A DNA stretch of 64,000 bases from Marsupella aquatica (lineage: Eukaryota > Plantae > Marchantiophyta), in NCBI GenBank assembly GCA_973895155.1, contig OZ316894.1, forward strand, positions 4,984,944 to 5,048,943, written 5' to 3'. Positions 53,353 through 64,000 of the stretch are shown here, one piece after another. Under the pieces are notes generated by a model. That model searched no databases. It had not been told where the DNA came from and saw only the letters and a program-made list of their open reading frames with translations. Numbering within the stretch: the stretch's first letter is position 1; each line of letters opens with the position of its first letter. The position numbers and the translations under genes are program-made.

Positions 53353-55080
53353 ATGGGGTATCGTCAGGCCAGCTGGAGGCATCACGTCATGCTTCGGTTA
53401 GCTTTGCCAAGGAGATATACCAAAAATGAGGGGAGCACAAATGTAGGATGGTCCAGGGGTGGAAACTGTGCATTAGAATCAGTCTTGAACGGTCCATTTG
53501 GTGCCCCCCTTAGTGTCGTTGGAGGCACTCAAGAGTGGACACCAGGCTCTTCTTATACTTATGGTAATGGGGCTTGGAGTGGAGCCTCTGCGGTGCCTTC
53601 ACGCCGCCCATGTTTTGATTTCGAAACGGTAATCAGGAAGTGTGACAAGTTGTCTCAACAGCAGAATTATCCAGGCTTGTTCAGGACAGTGCTCTGTTTC
53701 TCCAATCTATTACACCTGCAGCTGTCCCGGCCAGTCAGTCTAATCTTCAATCTAGCACACACTAGCCCTTCTCCTAGTCAGGCCGAGAGTTTTGCAGCAC
53801 GTGTTGACACTGAAATGCCCAACGGCATCCAGGAGGGGACAAGGATGGCAGAACAACCTTTTAGGGATCATCTAATAGTGAAGAAAATTAATGAGATTCT
53901 TACTCTTGAAGGCTGGGAGAGAGCTCTCGAACGACTCAATGTACATCTGTGCTCACAGTTGGTCTGTGAGGTTATTAAACGGCAACCCAATGTGAATGCA
54001 GCCCTATCTTTCTTTCAGTGGACTAAGGGGCAACAAGGTTTCCAGCATACAGGACGCACCTACAAGGCTATGCTTCAGAAATTGATGAGTCATCAGGACT
54101 TCAAGTTTAGAAATCTAGAGACCTTCCATCTCATCATGAATGAATCATTACGGAATGGTTGGAGTCCCGGTGTGACAATTCACACTGATCTCATTGATGG
54201 GTATTGTAAACGTGGGAAAATTGACGAAGCCTTCGTTCACTTCAATGAGATGGTATCACATGGTTGTGCTCCAAATGTGGTCACCTACTCTTCTCTTATT
54301 GGCGGACTTATCAAGGTCGGTAGGGTCCAAATTGCTCTTGATTTGCTCGACGAAATGGAAGAGAAGAAATGTTTTCCAAATGTGGTAACATACAGTGTTC
54401 TCATCCATGGTCTAGTGAAGCATCATCAACTGGAGGAGGCGTGGAAGATTTTTGAGAGAATGAAGAAACAAGGGTGTGCTCCTAATTTGATCACATATAG
54501 TATTCTGATTGACGGTGTCGCCAGGGAAGGAAAATTTGAGGAGGTCTCAAAGCTTTTGGATCAGATGAGGGAGACTCGTTGTACTCCTAGCCTTTTTATT
54601 TATGGTACAGTAATCAACTACTTCGTGAAGGCCGGAAAGCTACAGCAGGCTTGGGATCTCTTCTCTGAAATGAACCAAAACGGTTTAGAACCAAATCTGT
54701 TTGTATATACCCCTCTCATGGCAAGCCTGGGAAAGGCAGGCAACTGGGAGCAGGCACAAGAACTCCTAAAGGTGATGAAAGTGAGGAACTGTGCCCCTGA
54801 TGTTGTTACATACAGCGCTCTCGTAGCAGGTCTTGTGCAGGCTGGCAAGTGGAATGAGGGTGTCGAAGTTCTGGATCTAATGGACGCAAATGGATGTACT
54901 CCCAATGAGGTGACATACACCATCCTTATTGATAGCCTTGTAAAAGCAAGACAAGCAGATAAGGCACAAGATCTCTTCAAGAAGATGGTGGCTAATGGGT
55001 GTACAGCAACTATGTACACCGAAGATCTGTTGGGGAAGGTCCTTGCCAGAATACGTGCAAAATCAAATGTTAAGGTTTGA
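53353..55080 (+). CDS. P-class pentatricopeptide repeat protein (8 clear 35-aa repeats plus 1 degenerate; no E/DYW domain)
   Basis: ALSFFQW..GQQGFQHT pre-repeat motif, then tandem PNVVTYSxLI..L...G..eeA..lf.eM...GC.P repeats. The first ATG at 53353 follows a TGCAG acceptor. Confidence 0.93.
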   Translation: MGYRQASWRHHVMLRLALPRRYTKNEGSTNVGWSRGGNCALESVLNGPFGAPLSVVGGTQEWTPGSSYTYGNGAWSGASAVPSRRPCFDFETVIRKCDKLSQQQNYPGLFRTVLCFSNLLHLQLSRPVSLIFNLAHTSPSPSQAESFAARVDTEMPNGIQEGTRMAEQPFRDHLIVKKINEILTLEGWERALERLNVHLCSQLVCEVIKRQPNVNAALSFFQWTKGQQGFQHTGRTYKAMLQKLMSHQDFKFRNLETFHLIMNESLRNGWSPGVTIHTDLIDGYCKRGKIDEAFVHFNEMVSHGCAPNVVTYSSLIGGLIKVGRVQIALDLLDEMEEKKCFPNVVTYSVLIHGLVKHHQLEEAWKIFERMKKQGCAPNLITYSILIDGVAREGKFEEVSKLLDQMRETRCTPSLFIYGTVINYFVKAGKLQQAWDLFSEMNQNGLEPNLFVYTPLMASLGKAGNWEQAQELLKVMKVRNCAPDVVTYSALVAGLVQAGKWNEGVEVLDLMDANGCTPNEVTYTILIDSLVKARQADKAQDLFKKMVANGCTATMYTEDLLGKVLARIRAKSNVKV

Positions 55081-56609
55081 TACATTATCTGGTTTGGGCG
55101 TTCAAGTGCCACTCTATTGACCTTGTGACCTCAGAATTTTTATCTTACGTCCCCAGAGGGTCGGAAGCCTCTGTCTCCACTACAATGCCATGGGTTTGGA
55201 AAGACTACCATCATTCGAGGCATCCTGTAATAGCTGTTTCGACCAGGTGACATGAATGGTGCTCTTTATCTGAGAGTTTCGTCAAGGCAACGCGATATCT
55301 TTGTAATATCCAGGATGGGTAAAAAAGCTTAGCATTCTCTACGAGGATTCTTGGAACGATTGTCCTCCAATGTGCACGAGGATTATTCATTGTTATCTAG
55401 CTCGAACACATCATGGACAACAATGGAAGGGTACTGTCGTTGCTATTGTTAGGCTTCATCTTTCACAGAAGCTTCAGACAATCGGCGGGCCTGGAGAGCA
55501 TTAGCAGAGTAGACGGGTATGTAAGGATTACATATAAATCCATTCCATCGTGCTGGGGACAGTTTATATGGTTCAGAATGGTCACATTGCGTCTCACGGA
55601 CACCCCAGGAGCATGATCGTTAAAGAGAAGACACTTTCCCATCTCAGCGCTGTAATGATCGAAAAATGTTGATTGTGAGACCTGATAGCTAGGAAACTCA
55701 GCAATTTTAAACGACAGTGATGAACAACCTTTGACTTGCTTCACTTACGGGTTTGAATAGCACTATTGCTCAATAAGTATTCAGAACATTCCTGCACTAC
55801 GCCTAGGAAGAAATGACACATTACGTGCATCTAGTATTTCACCCAGGGGTCTGTACTCTTATCAGAGAGGATCCAATACTGATTCAGAGGAATGGATACT
55901 TGTTTCAGCACGGATTCTCAATCCCCAAAAATCCTGAATTCGATATTCGTGTACCTCCTCTGTGTGCAATTGATTCAATTTATTTGGAGAGTTCGTCCGT
56001 TAGTATAGCAAGGTTCTTCACTTTGGGGAAAACTATTTAATTCCAAGGGTGTTGCAAGACCTCTTTCTGCTCTTAATCTACTGAAATCTATGTAGCACCT
56101 TTTGTGGAGTACTTGCCAAAAAAAGGTTTTGCAGTCAGCACCTTTTGTGGAGCTCAAAGTCCATTTATGAATTTGTACTCTTTAGAATGAGAGCTACGGG
56201 TTACCCATAGCCCTTTATATGGACAGGTGTGGTTTAAGCAAGACTGCACCCTGGCAGCTTTGAATTTGAGGCCATTATTAGTAACAACAAGCTGGTTGGA
56301 GTCGAACGCTGGAAGGCTGCGTGAAAGCAGTAGATCTATGCCATTTGCGTACTACTCCGTTTCTCTGAAATGGAATGCACTGTTCCTAAGATATTTTTGT
56401 CTGCAGATTTTTCCCATTCAAAGCTCACCAGCAGGAAAGGTTAAAGCCCCACTGTGGGGCTATGAGGGATATGAGGGATAGTGGGGCTTTCACACCTGCT
56501 GGGTTGGAGGTTAAAGCACCAGTGTCCCTCATAACCCCTTTTCCTCCACTCTTTCCTTTCTTAAGAAGATTTGTTACTCATTATAGACTTGTGTTCTAGT
56601 TTGACCAGA

Positions 56610-57060
56610 ACACAAGGAGTCTGTGAGAGTGGTGGTTTAAGGCCTCAGGCTCCATGGTTGCTTTGGGGTGGCCCTGGCCATGAGAGTCCATTTTCAAAAC
56701 CTGGTGGATCCAGGTTACCATAATTAGTCAATATGTTCCTAGCAACTTACAAAGTGGGCAAAGAATGACTATTTTGTACACCCACAACTTTGGGGACAGT
56801 GGTGGGAAAAGGCAGAGGCACCATGCTCCATGGTCCCAAGTCTCTTGGGGGTGGCCTCTGACTCTGGGGTTTCTGAGGAGTGACAGTGGTGGTTTAAGGC
56901 CAGAGGCTCTGGGCTCTATGGTTGTGAGTCTCTTGGGGGTGGCCCTGACAGTGAGGTTTGTGAGGAGTGTCAGTGGTGGTTTAAGGCCAGAGGCTTCAAG
57001 CTCCATGGTTGTGAGTCTCCTGGAGATGGCCTCTGATAGCGAGGAGGTTTGTTGTTCACA
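56610..57060. repeat. ~87-90 bp tandem repeat, about 4 copies
   Basis: gtggtggtttaaggcc.gaggct..ctccatggttgtgagtctcttgggggtggccctgac recurs at ~56629, ~56798, ~56886 and ~56973. Confidence 0.8.
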
Positions 57061-58342
57061 GGTGACCATCTAATTTTGTGTTTACTGTACTGCATTAGCT
57101 ATCCTAACCATGATTCCTATTTCCTGCCACTAGTTTGGCCCCTCTATTACCTATTGCAATTCCTGTTCCAGCACAACTCTGCCAAATACTCAATCTTTTT
57201 CATTTCAGATCACAAGACCAAAATATTATTCTCCTATTTTTAATGTAGACACCTAAAAGTCATTGACATCAAGACACTTTTTTTCTTCTTCTTTGTTATA
57301 TTATATCTTTTAGCATATAATTCGACAAACAAGACACTTAGAACATTCTTAAAATTTACATGAAATTGTGAAACCTCAAAAGAATTTTGTCATGTAAATT
57401 TTAAGAATGTTTATTTTTTAGCACAATTGGGATGGCACTGTGGTATAAGAAAGTAATTATGATTACATAACGTCTGCATAAGTGCACTACATATAAGTCT
57501 AACCCCTCATTTAGTGCACTAGAGGAGCTTCTTCTCCAAACTTAGTGGGAAATCATAGTTTAACGTGCACCCATACAAGTGCAATGCCTCATTTTAATGC
57601 ACTAACCCATTCTCCCTAGTCAAGCTTTGTAATACCAGGTTCAGTATAGTTATCCTGTTTTCCTGAAATTGTGAAGCGAATGGCTTCTTAAAGGAAATGT
57701 GAAAAAGAGGGAAGATTTGGACTCTTCCAATTTTGCAGTGTTATACTATTTGACACTAGTCTGAATACTGGTGCTGAATGTCTTTACCACCTGCTTTAAA
57801 CCGAACTTTTAATCTTTGTCCTTGAAGACATTAAGAACCATATCCTACAAAGATCTTTAAAAGTAGTCGGTGAACCACCAGATCAGGGGAGGATATAGTG
57901 CATTTTTAGACTTTCTGAAGCACATTATTGACTACACTGTTCACCGTAATTAGTGTGAGTAACACTAATTCTAGAGCGCCCATTTTCAGGGTCTACTCGC
58001 GAATTAGTGTTAGTCACATTAATTTTGTGCTAACACTATTTTCGCGCACATGAATTAGTGTTACTATGGTCTTAAAAGTGGCAAAATACAAAGAAAACAA
58101 CTATTTTAAAAAATCCACAACAATTAGTGTTACTTTGGACTAGAGATCATCCGTTTTTTACAAGCAATTTAAACTAAACTGAAAAAAATTCATTTTGAAA
58201 ACAGACAAAAATTAGTGTTACTTGGACTCAAAATCATTTTTACCAAAATTAGTGTTAGTAATTTTGCACTAACACTAATTCTTGCATAACACTAATTACG
58301 GTGAACGTTGTAGTTTTGGTGACCTGGATCCACCAGGTTTTG
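56695..58342. mobile_element. Putative TIR-bounded non-autonomous element containing a nested CACTG element
   Basis: caaaacctggtggatccaggttacca (56695-56720) and tggtgacctggatccaccaggttttg (58317-58342) are inverted repeats matching 25 of 26. No TSD evident. Confidence 0.5.
57935..58310 (+). mobile_element. Non-autonomous CACTG-ended (CMC/EnSpm-like) element flanked by TA
   Basis: TA|CACTGTTCACCGTAATTAGTGT ... ACACTAATTACGGTGAACGTTG|TA (TIR with 2 mismatches); many aattagtgtta subterminal repeats. Confidence 0.8.
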
Positions 58343-58369
58343 CTTTGGGGACAGTGGTGGTTTAACCAT

Positions 58370-58742
58370 TGAGTGCACTTATATGTGCTGCACTCAGGGA
58401 CACAGTTAATTACGGAATGCATTTATACGCGCTGCACTTATGCATGCTCTTGACAACAGAATGCACTTTACATGCTGCACTTATGCACCACAAAATCCAC
58501 TTTTACATGCTGCACTTAACCACAGAATGCACTTATACATGCATCTAACTACATAATGCCCTTATACAAGATACACTTATGCACTTACTTACCCAAAAAA
58601 GGCACTCATACACGCACTTAACTACAGAATGCACTTATAGACAATACATTCATGCACGCACTGACCCACTGAATACCCACAGAATGTCAGTTATGCATGC
58701 CCTTAACCACAGAATGCACTTATACCCGCTGCACTTATGCAC
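58370..58742. repeat. ~30 bp minisatellite (gaatgcacttatacatgctgcacttaaccaca)
   Basis: More than 10 degenerate tgcactta-containing units. Confidence 0.8.
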
Positions 58743-58856
58743 GGTTTACTGTATAATTCTAAAGGTGTCTGTGGTCCCTGTGGCGTGTGCTGACCGTGGT
58801 CATGACTTTAAGCCGCCCTGCTTGCTTTCTCTGGTGAGTCTCTTTTGTGACATTGG

Positions 58857-59197
58857 GCTTGGGGTGGCATTGCAAGACAGTGGTCGGAGGTGGCCAGAGC
58901 TTGCTGGGTGTTGGCTCCTGTATGCTGCAGAGAGGAGGTGGGAGCGAAGTGAACACATCGGAATTGAGGGGAGCGCAAGCCTGAATTGGATTGAAAACTG
59001 GAGATTTGGGCTGCAGCAGCAGGTTTTGCTTGGGGTGGCATTGCAAGACAGTGGTCGGAGGTGGCCAGAGCTTGCTGGGTGTGGGCTGCTGTATGCTGCA
59101 GAGAGGAGGTGGGAGCGAAGTGAACACATCGGAATTGAAGGGAAGCGCAAGCCTGAATCGGATTGAAAACAGGAGATTTGGGCTCCAGCAGCAGATT
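58857..59197. repeat. Near-perfect ~171 bp tandem duplication
   Basis: gcttggggtggcattgcaagacagtggtcggaggtggccagag...gagatttgggct.cagcagcag starts at ~58857 and ~59028. Confidence 0.93.
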
Positions 59198-60129
59198 TTG
59201 GAAAAAAAAGACCCTGTAGATTGCGCACATTCATAATCCGGCCCTCTGCTCTTACTGTGGCTGCTGGGCCGCTGAAAGGGTTCATCTAGCTGGGACTCGG
59301 ATTCTGAGGTGAAATGCTCAGCTCAGCTCTCACGTCAGGTCAGCTCCGGCTCAAAGAAAGCAGTCGAGCAAGCACACCAGCACACAGTGGAGTGGTCGTC
59401 CTTCTCCACGAGACTGAACTGCAGTCGTGCTGCTGAGGTGAAATGCTCCGGCTACGGAAGCTGTTGACACTTCGAATTCAAATCGTTTGTCCTCAGCAAT
59501 CGTTGTTGGATCGTTCCTTGTCTTGAACATAAGAAGAGTGGACGAGGACGCTGTCGGCAGAGAGCAGGTATACCTCGGAGCTGAAAGTTGTAGCTCGTTC
59601 GCAGGTGCAGCCAACGCCAGAAGCTACCCTTTCTTACGTTTCCACTTGGTTGTTTTTTCCACCTTAGATACATCCTGCCACAAGAGATGGATATAACTAT
59701 CGTACAAAGAGGTAGCTAGGACAATGCAGCTCTGTAGTGCTCGCCTGTCTGAGCATGTTGTGTAAAGCTGTGGTCGGCTCTCAAAACTTTGATCAGTTCA
59801 CCTTGAATCACCGGAAGAGTGGTCGTAAATTACCTCCTTGGAGAGATATCAACTCATTTATTCAACCCTTACATTAGTTTAAAGCAACTTGGTGGAGGTG
59901 CTGGATAGCCTCTGGAGCTACATGCATTTGGAAAGATTTAGATCTTAGAAACTTGAAAGCCTCTCAGAGGAGCATTGAATAGGCCGTGTGACTTGTTATC
60001 CCCTCCAAGGTTTCACGGATGTTACTGGCTGATCCCCGTGTAGCTCAATTAGGATTCTAATTAGAGCAAAGCTCTAATGTCCTCGTCAACCACACACGCT
60101 ACACAATTCTCTAATCCGGGCCAAGCACC

Positions 60130-61663
60130 ATGTTCAGTGGATCCAGTTCCAGATCTGAAGAGTCTTATGGGTCTTCACAAATCGTGCAGGTAATCCACAA
60201 TCCAGAAACCCCTGGAATCGGCCTCTGACATTGATCTTCGCTGAGTCTAATTGTGAAGGTCTACTACAGCCCAGTTCGCCTTAATTTGCTTTCTGTAGTT
60301 GAGTCTATTTGGAAAGCTCTAGCGAGTAAACACACTCATACTTTGCCAGTCCTGTCAAAACATTTCATTGTGATCATGGACGCTTCTCTAGTCTGTGAGT
60401 TGTATTAAAGTTGCTTGTCAGTCGAGTGGAGCCTAGAGCATGCATTGCGGAGCAAGACTGTTGACATTCGCAGTCCCGTTTGTCTCTGTGGTGGGTTTTC
60501 TCAGGTGAATGACTCCGTGTACCAGCTGTACAAGCCTGTAGGCACACCGAGTATACAAGTCGTGTTTTTCCATGGCCTTCAATTGGGTCTCTACAGGGAC
60601 GCACATCTGTCTACCTGGAAATGCGAGGATGGCTCCTGCATCTGGCCACAGAAGTGGTTGGTGGAGGCGATTCCTGAAGCTCATGTACTTTCGGTGTCTT
60701 GCAGCGGATTCCTTACAAATAGCTCAAATGATGACATGGACATGTACATTTTGGGGGAGAATTTGATTTCAGATCTTTTGAATGCTAAGATTGGGCAAGT
60801 CTCAAACTGTCCAATTGTATTGGTGGGCCACTCCATTGGGGGATTGGTCATAAAAGAACTATGCTGCCAAGCACATCGTAAACTCCACGTGAGTCAAGAT
60901 TTTGAGAGGACTAAGTTGGAGAAGTTTCTTAATAGCATGAGAGGAGTATTTTATTATGCCACCCCCCACCACGGCAGCCCTGTTGCAGACCGTTTGGCAG
61001 ATCAAATTGGAAGTCCTTTGTTAAAGTACTTCAAAACTTTGAGTACACAAACAGCACGGCTGAATAGTAGATTTGATGCTATACGTAAAGTGTATGAGAA
61101 GTGGAAGTTTGCTGGACTTGGAGAAGCTCGCCCTACAAAATTGGTACAACTGGCAGTGCAAGCTATTGGATTTCGAATGGCACGTTGGCAACAGTCATGC
61201 ATGAGTAACAGTTGCTAATATTCTGCATGGAGTAAGCAGTAGATGCATGCAGGCCACTGAACCTTGTCCAGCATATGGTTTGCGGCATCATTTATGTTGC
61301 TGGAGTGTTAAGATTTGCTGTTCGAGTATAGCTTTGAGGGGTTTGTCCTCTATATGGACTGCTGATTGTGAATTGTCGAGGAGTCTAATCTTGGAGCCTA
61401 GAATGGAATTTGGCACATTGCTTTGATCTCATGCATTGCAATCTTTGGCCGTTGATGGGCAGGGCTGGTTCCACGGGGAAGTCATGGTGGTCCCTGAAGC
61501 ATCTGTGAGGGAGGACAATTTTAATGTTGTGGACGGAGCAGACCATTTTTCCATCTGTCAACCAAGGACCAAAACCTCAAGGGGCTTCTACGCATTGAAG
61601 CACTTCCTCATTGATATAGTGGAGACAAATCGGATGGGGCTTCAACCCGGTGGTTTAATTTGA
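60130..61663 (+). CDS. Alpha/beta-hydrolase (SERAC1/PGAP1-like) N-terminal domain of a hydrolase-NLR; intact spliced ORF of ~299 aa. Exons: 60130-60189, 60505-61143, 61463-61663
   Basis: VVFFHGL, STW...CIWPQKWL, nucleophile elbow IVLVGHSIGGLVIK, FYYATPHHGS, VVPEAS, DGADHFSICQP. GT-AG phase-0 junctions. Exon 1 is less certain. Confidence 0.75.
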
Positions 61664-63450
61664 AGGACAAGAAAACTTTGATCGTCCTGGATGACACAAT
61701 TTCAGAGGATCAGCTCAAAGTTCTACCCAAGTTTCAGTATATTGCGACAGGCAGTCGTGTTATCTTGACAAGTCGTGAGAAAGAAGTTTTTAAGCTTTAT
61801 GACGAATCCATCATGTACGAGGCTCATTTTCTGGAAACGGATGATGCAAAGAAGCTTTTCTGCCGGCATACATTTGGTTTGGAAGATATTCCAGACGTTC
61901 TGATTGACAATGTGAATGCAGAGGCGAGAAGATATGATGGGTTGCCGCTGACGTTGGAAGTGACAGCACGTACCTCTGAGTCAGATCAAACATCTGACAG
62001 TCTGGATGGAAACTCTAAACAAGCTCGGGCAAGCGCAAGTCACAAGTGGGGATAGAAAGGACAGAGTGTGGGCTTTTTGAGGGTGACGACCTTGCGAAAC
62101 GGGAGAAGGAGATTGTCATACTTAATTTTCTTTAAATAGCCATTGGACCGTGCGCTGGCAGCATGGAGCAATCTCAGTGAGAATATTCACACAGCCTGGA
62201 AAACTTTGGTCAGCGGTCTCTCGAGGAAGCGTCTCATGAAATCTGAATGCTGCGCGAACTATGGAGTATAATGAATGCAACGAAGTGTGGGTGCGCCAAT
62301 AGCTGCCAGATCTGGCTAGGAACATTGCTGGTGGCATCATGGTATCGGCCTCTGATGAAACAGAAAGCTCAGTTAAATGACAACAAGGTTACCAGTGTTT
62401 CAGGTCTGAATCCGTAAGATCAAGTTACGATAGGGAAGGTGTGAAGTCAATCCTGTGTACTCTCCTCGATTTTGTTTGCCTTCACATGCACCTCTATTAC
62501 CTAGGAGATACTTATTTGAGTTTTATTTGTGAACAAGCAGGTGACGACAGCGGCAAAATATCTGAAGCTCTTCTATTCTGAACGGCCCTTCACTTGGATT
62601 TGCTAGCTAAAATAAAGGGATTGAAATACACAGATGTAGTCAGTCTTTCCTCAAAAGGTTGGGGAAAGGGTCTCACCAGGAAATTATCTGTCGCAAAATT
62701 TGAGGGAGCGCGGAGATATCAATTGTCCATGTTCGAGTTCAACCTCAAAAACATGAGAACTTAGCTGTCCTCGAACTATCACATTTTCGGATCCCAGAGG
62801 AATTTCCTGAAGCCTTGGGGGACCTGACCAGCCTGCGCATACTGTGTCGTTCTCACCTCGAAGGATTGGATCGTCTGCCTGAGAAGTCTGGCAGTCTTGG
62901 TAGATTGAGACAGCTGGAGCTAGAGAATCTAGGTTCGCTGATATTGCCCGAGTCGTCCGGCAACCTCGTGGTACTTGAACATCTTTCCTTTTGTAGCATC
63001 GTGGTACCGGAATTTTAGGGCATGTGTCCTCCCCAGTGAAGTTGACAGTCGACGATGGTGAAGAGCTTGCAGGATTCCGTGAATCCTTCGGCCGTTGTCT
63101 CACATCTCTGAAAGAACTGTACATCCGCGAGTGCCAGTCCATCAAGTGTCTACCGGAATTATTAGGACATGTACCCTCCCTGGAGAAGTTAACAATTGCA
63201 GACTCTGAAGAGCTTGCAGGAATCCCATCTAAAAAGAGCTGGACATCTCCTCGTGCCCGTTCATAACTTGTGTACCGCAGTGTTCTCCAGGCTTTCCGGA
63301 CTCCAGCAATTAAGGATAGAGGATTGCGCTAGCTTTGAAGAGTTGGGGGATGGATTTGGGAAATTATCATCCCTACTAGAACTGTATCTGACGGATGTGG
63401 CTCTTGCAAGGCTCCCTTCGAATCTCAGCTCGCACTCGGAGAAGTTCTGA
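61660..63450 (+). pseudogene. Degenerate NB-ARC plus LRR remainder of the hydrolase-NLR (HNL)
   Basis: Walker B KKTLIVLDD, RNBS-B GSRVILTSR, RNBS-C LETDDAKKLFCRHTF, GLPLTL, decayed MHD (VWVRQ*LPDLAR), and LRRs (LGDLTSLRIL, LTSLKELYIRECQSIKCLPELLG, FGKLSSLLELYL). No P-loop; several frameshifts and stops. Confidence 0.88.
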
Positions 63451-64000
63451 TACATCTTCTATGCATGCAAGCAGTTGCATGTGACTGACTCTAGATTGTA
63501 GCTTAAGGCGTGTACCCGTTTTTAGGGGATGCAGAATTTCTGGATAGTCGATCCACTGGATGTCCGGATTTGGATTTCATTTGGATTTGAAGGTTAATTT
63601 GCTTTCTGCAGCGCTCTGAATTTCATCACATTCCGATCAGTGGATGGGCGTTGCGATCACTTATGACATCGTAAGTTCTCTCACTTCGATACTACAGATG
63701 TGTCTAACGAGCTAAATGAAACGAGAACGCAAATCAAAAACTGGAAACGACCTCAAATTCCTAGGAATTTTTCAGTAGCACTGCACTACAATTATGCAGT
63801 AGGTGAGTGATTGTCTGGCCCATACAACAAAAGACACTCAAAACATGCTCTGCGACAGGCATGTAGAGTTACACAATTTCACCAAAATGAGAATGGGCTC
63901 ATTACCAATATCTTGCTGTATTAGATTGGGAATCTTTGACAGTGGCTCTTCCACAGATTGGAAGGTAAACCATTGAGTCCAAATGATAGCCGGTTAGCGT

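Noticed and set aside
54618-55112. 164-aa minus-strand ORF
   Set aside because: Antisense shadow of the PPR repeats; no recognisable motifs.
58911-58928. Partial similarity to miR160 (ggctcctgtatgc), and to miR394 at ~14343
   Set aside because: Matches are short, have indels or mismatches, and lack a precursor fold-back.
58579-59285. Several 120-195 aa ORFs on both strands
   Set aside because: They arise from the GC-rich 171-bp duplication and the minisatellite; the peptides simply repeat and show no domain.

Overview
Eukaryotic land-plant nuclear DNA with GT-AG introns. It is most plausibly from a liverwort or other non-flowering plant; this is an inference from the alpha/beta-hydrolase-NB-ARC-LRR locus. 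I hand-spliced the exons. Genes, left to right: 3' end of tocopherol cyclase VTE1 (+); a 12-exon CinA-like/HxGH nucleotidyltransferase (+); an intronless CFB-family F-box protein (+); CTF8 (-); HMG-CoA lyase (-); chloroplast lipocalin CHL (-); a P-class PPR protein (+); and a broken hydrolase-NLR (+). Intergenic space holds copia-like solo LTRs, a family of non-autonomous CACTG/TA elements, a Helitron end, LINE and SINE remnants, and many tandem repeats. The most interesting observations are: (1) an NLR whose NB-ARC-LRR half is destroyed while its spliced ~299-aa hydrolase domain is intact and has its own stop; (2) a 44-aa Cys-rich uORF in frame with the F-box CDS and separated from it by a single TGA; (3) a PPR protein whose code residues are all purine-type, predicting an oligo-A-like target; (4) a CinA/PncC-like plus NadD-like fusion. 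No database searches were run, so identities rest on recalled motifs.
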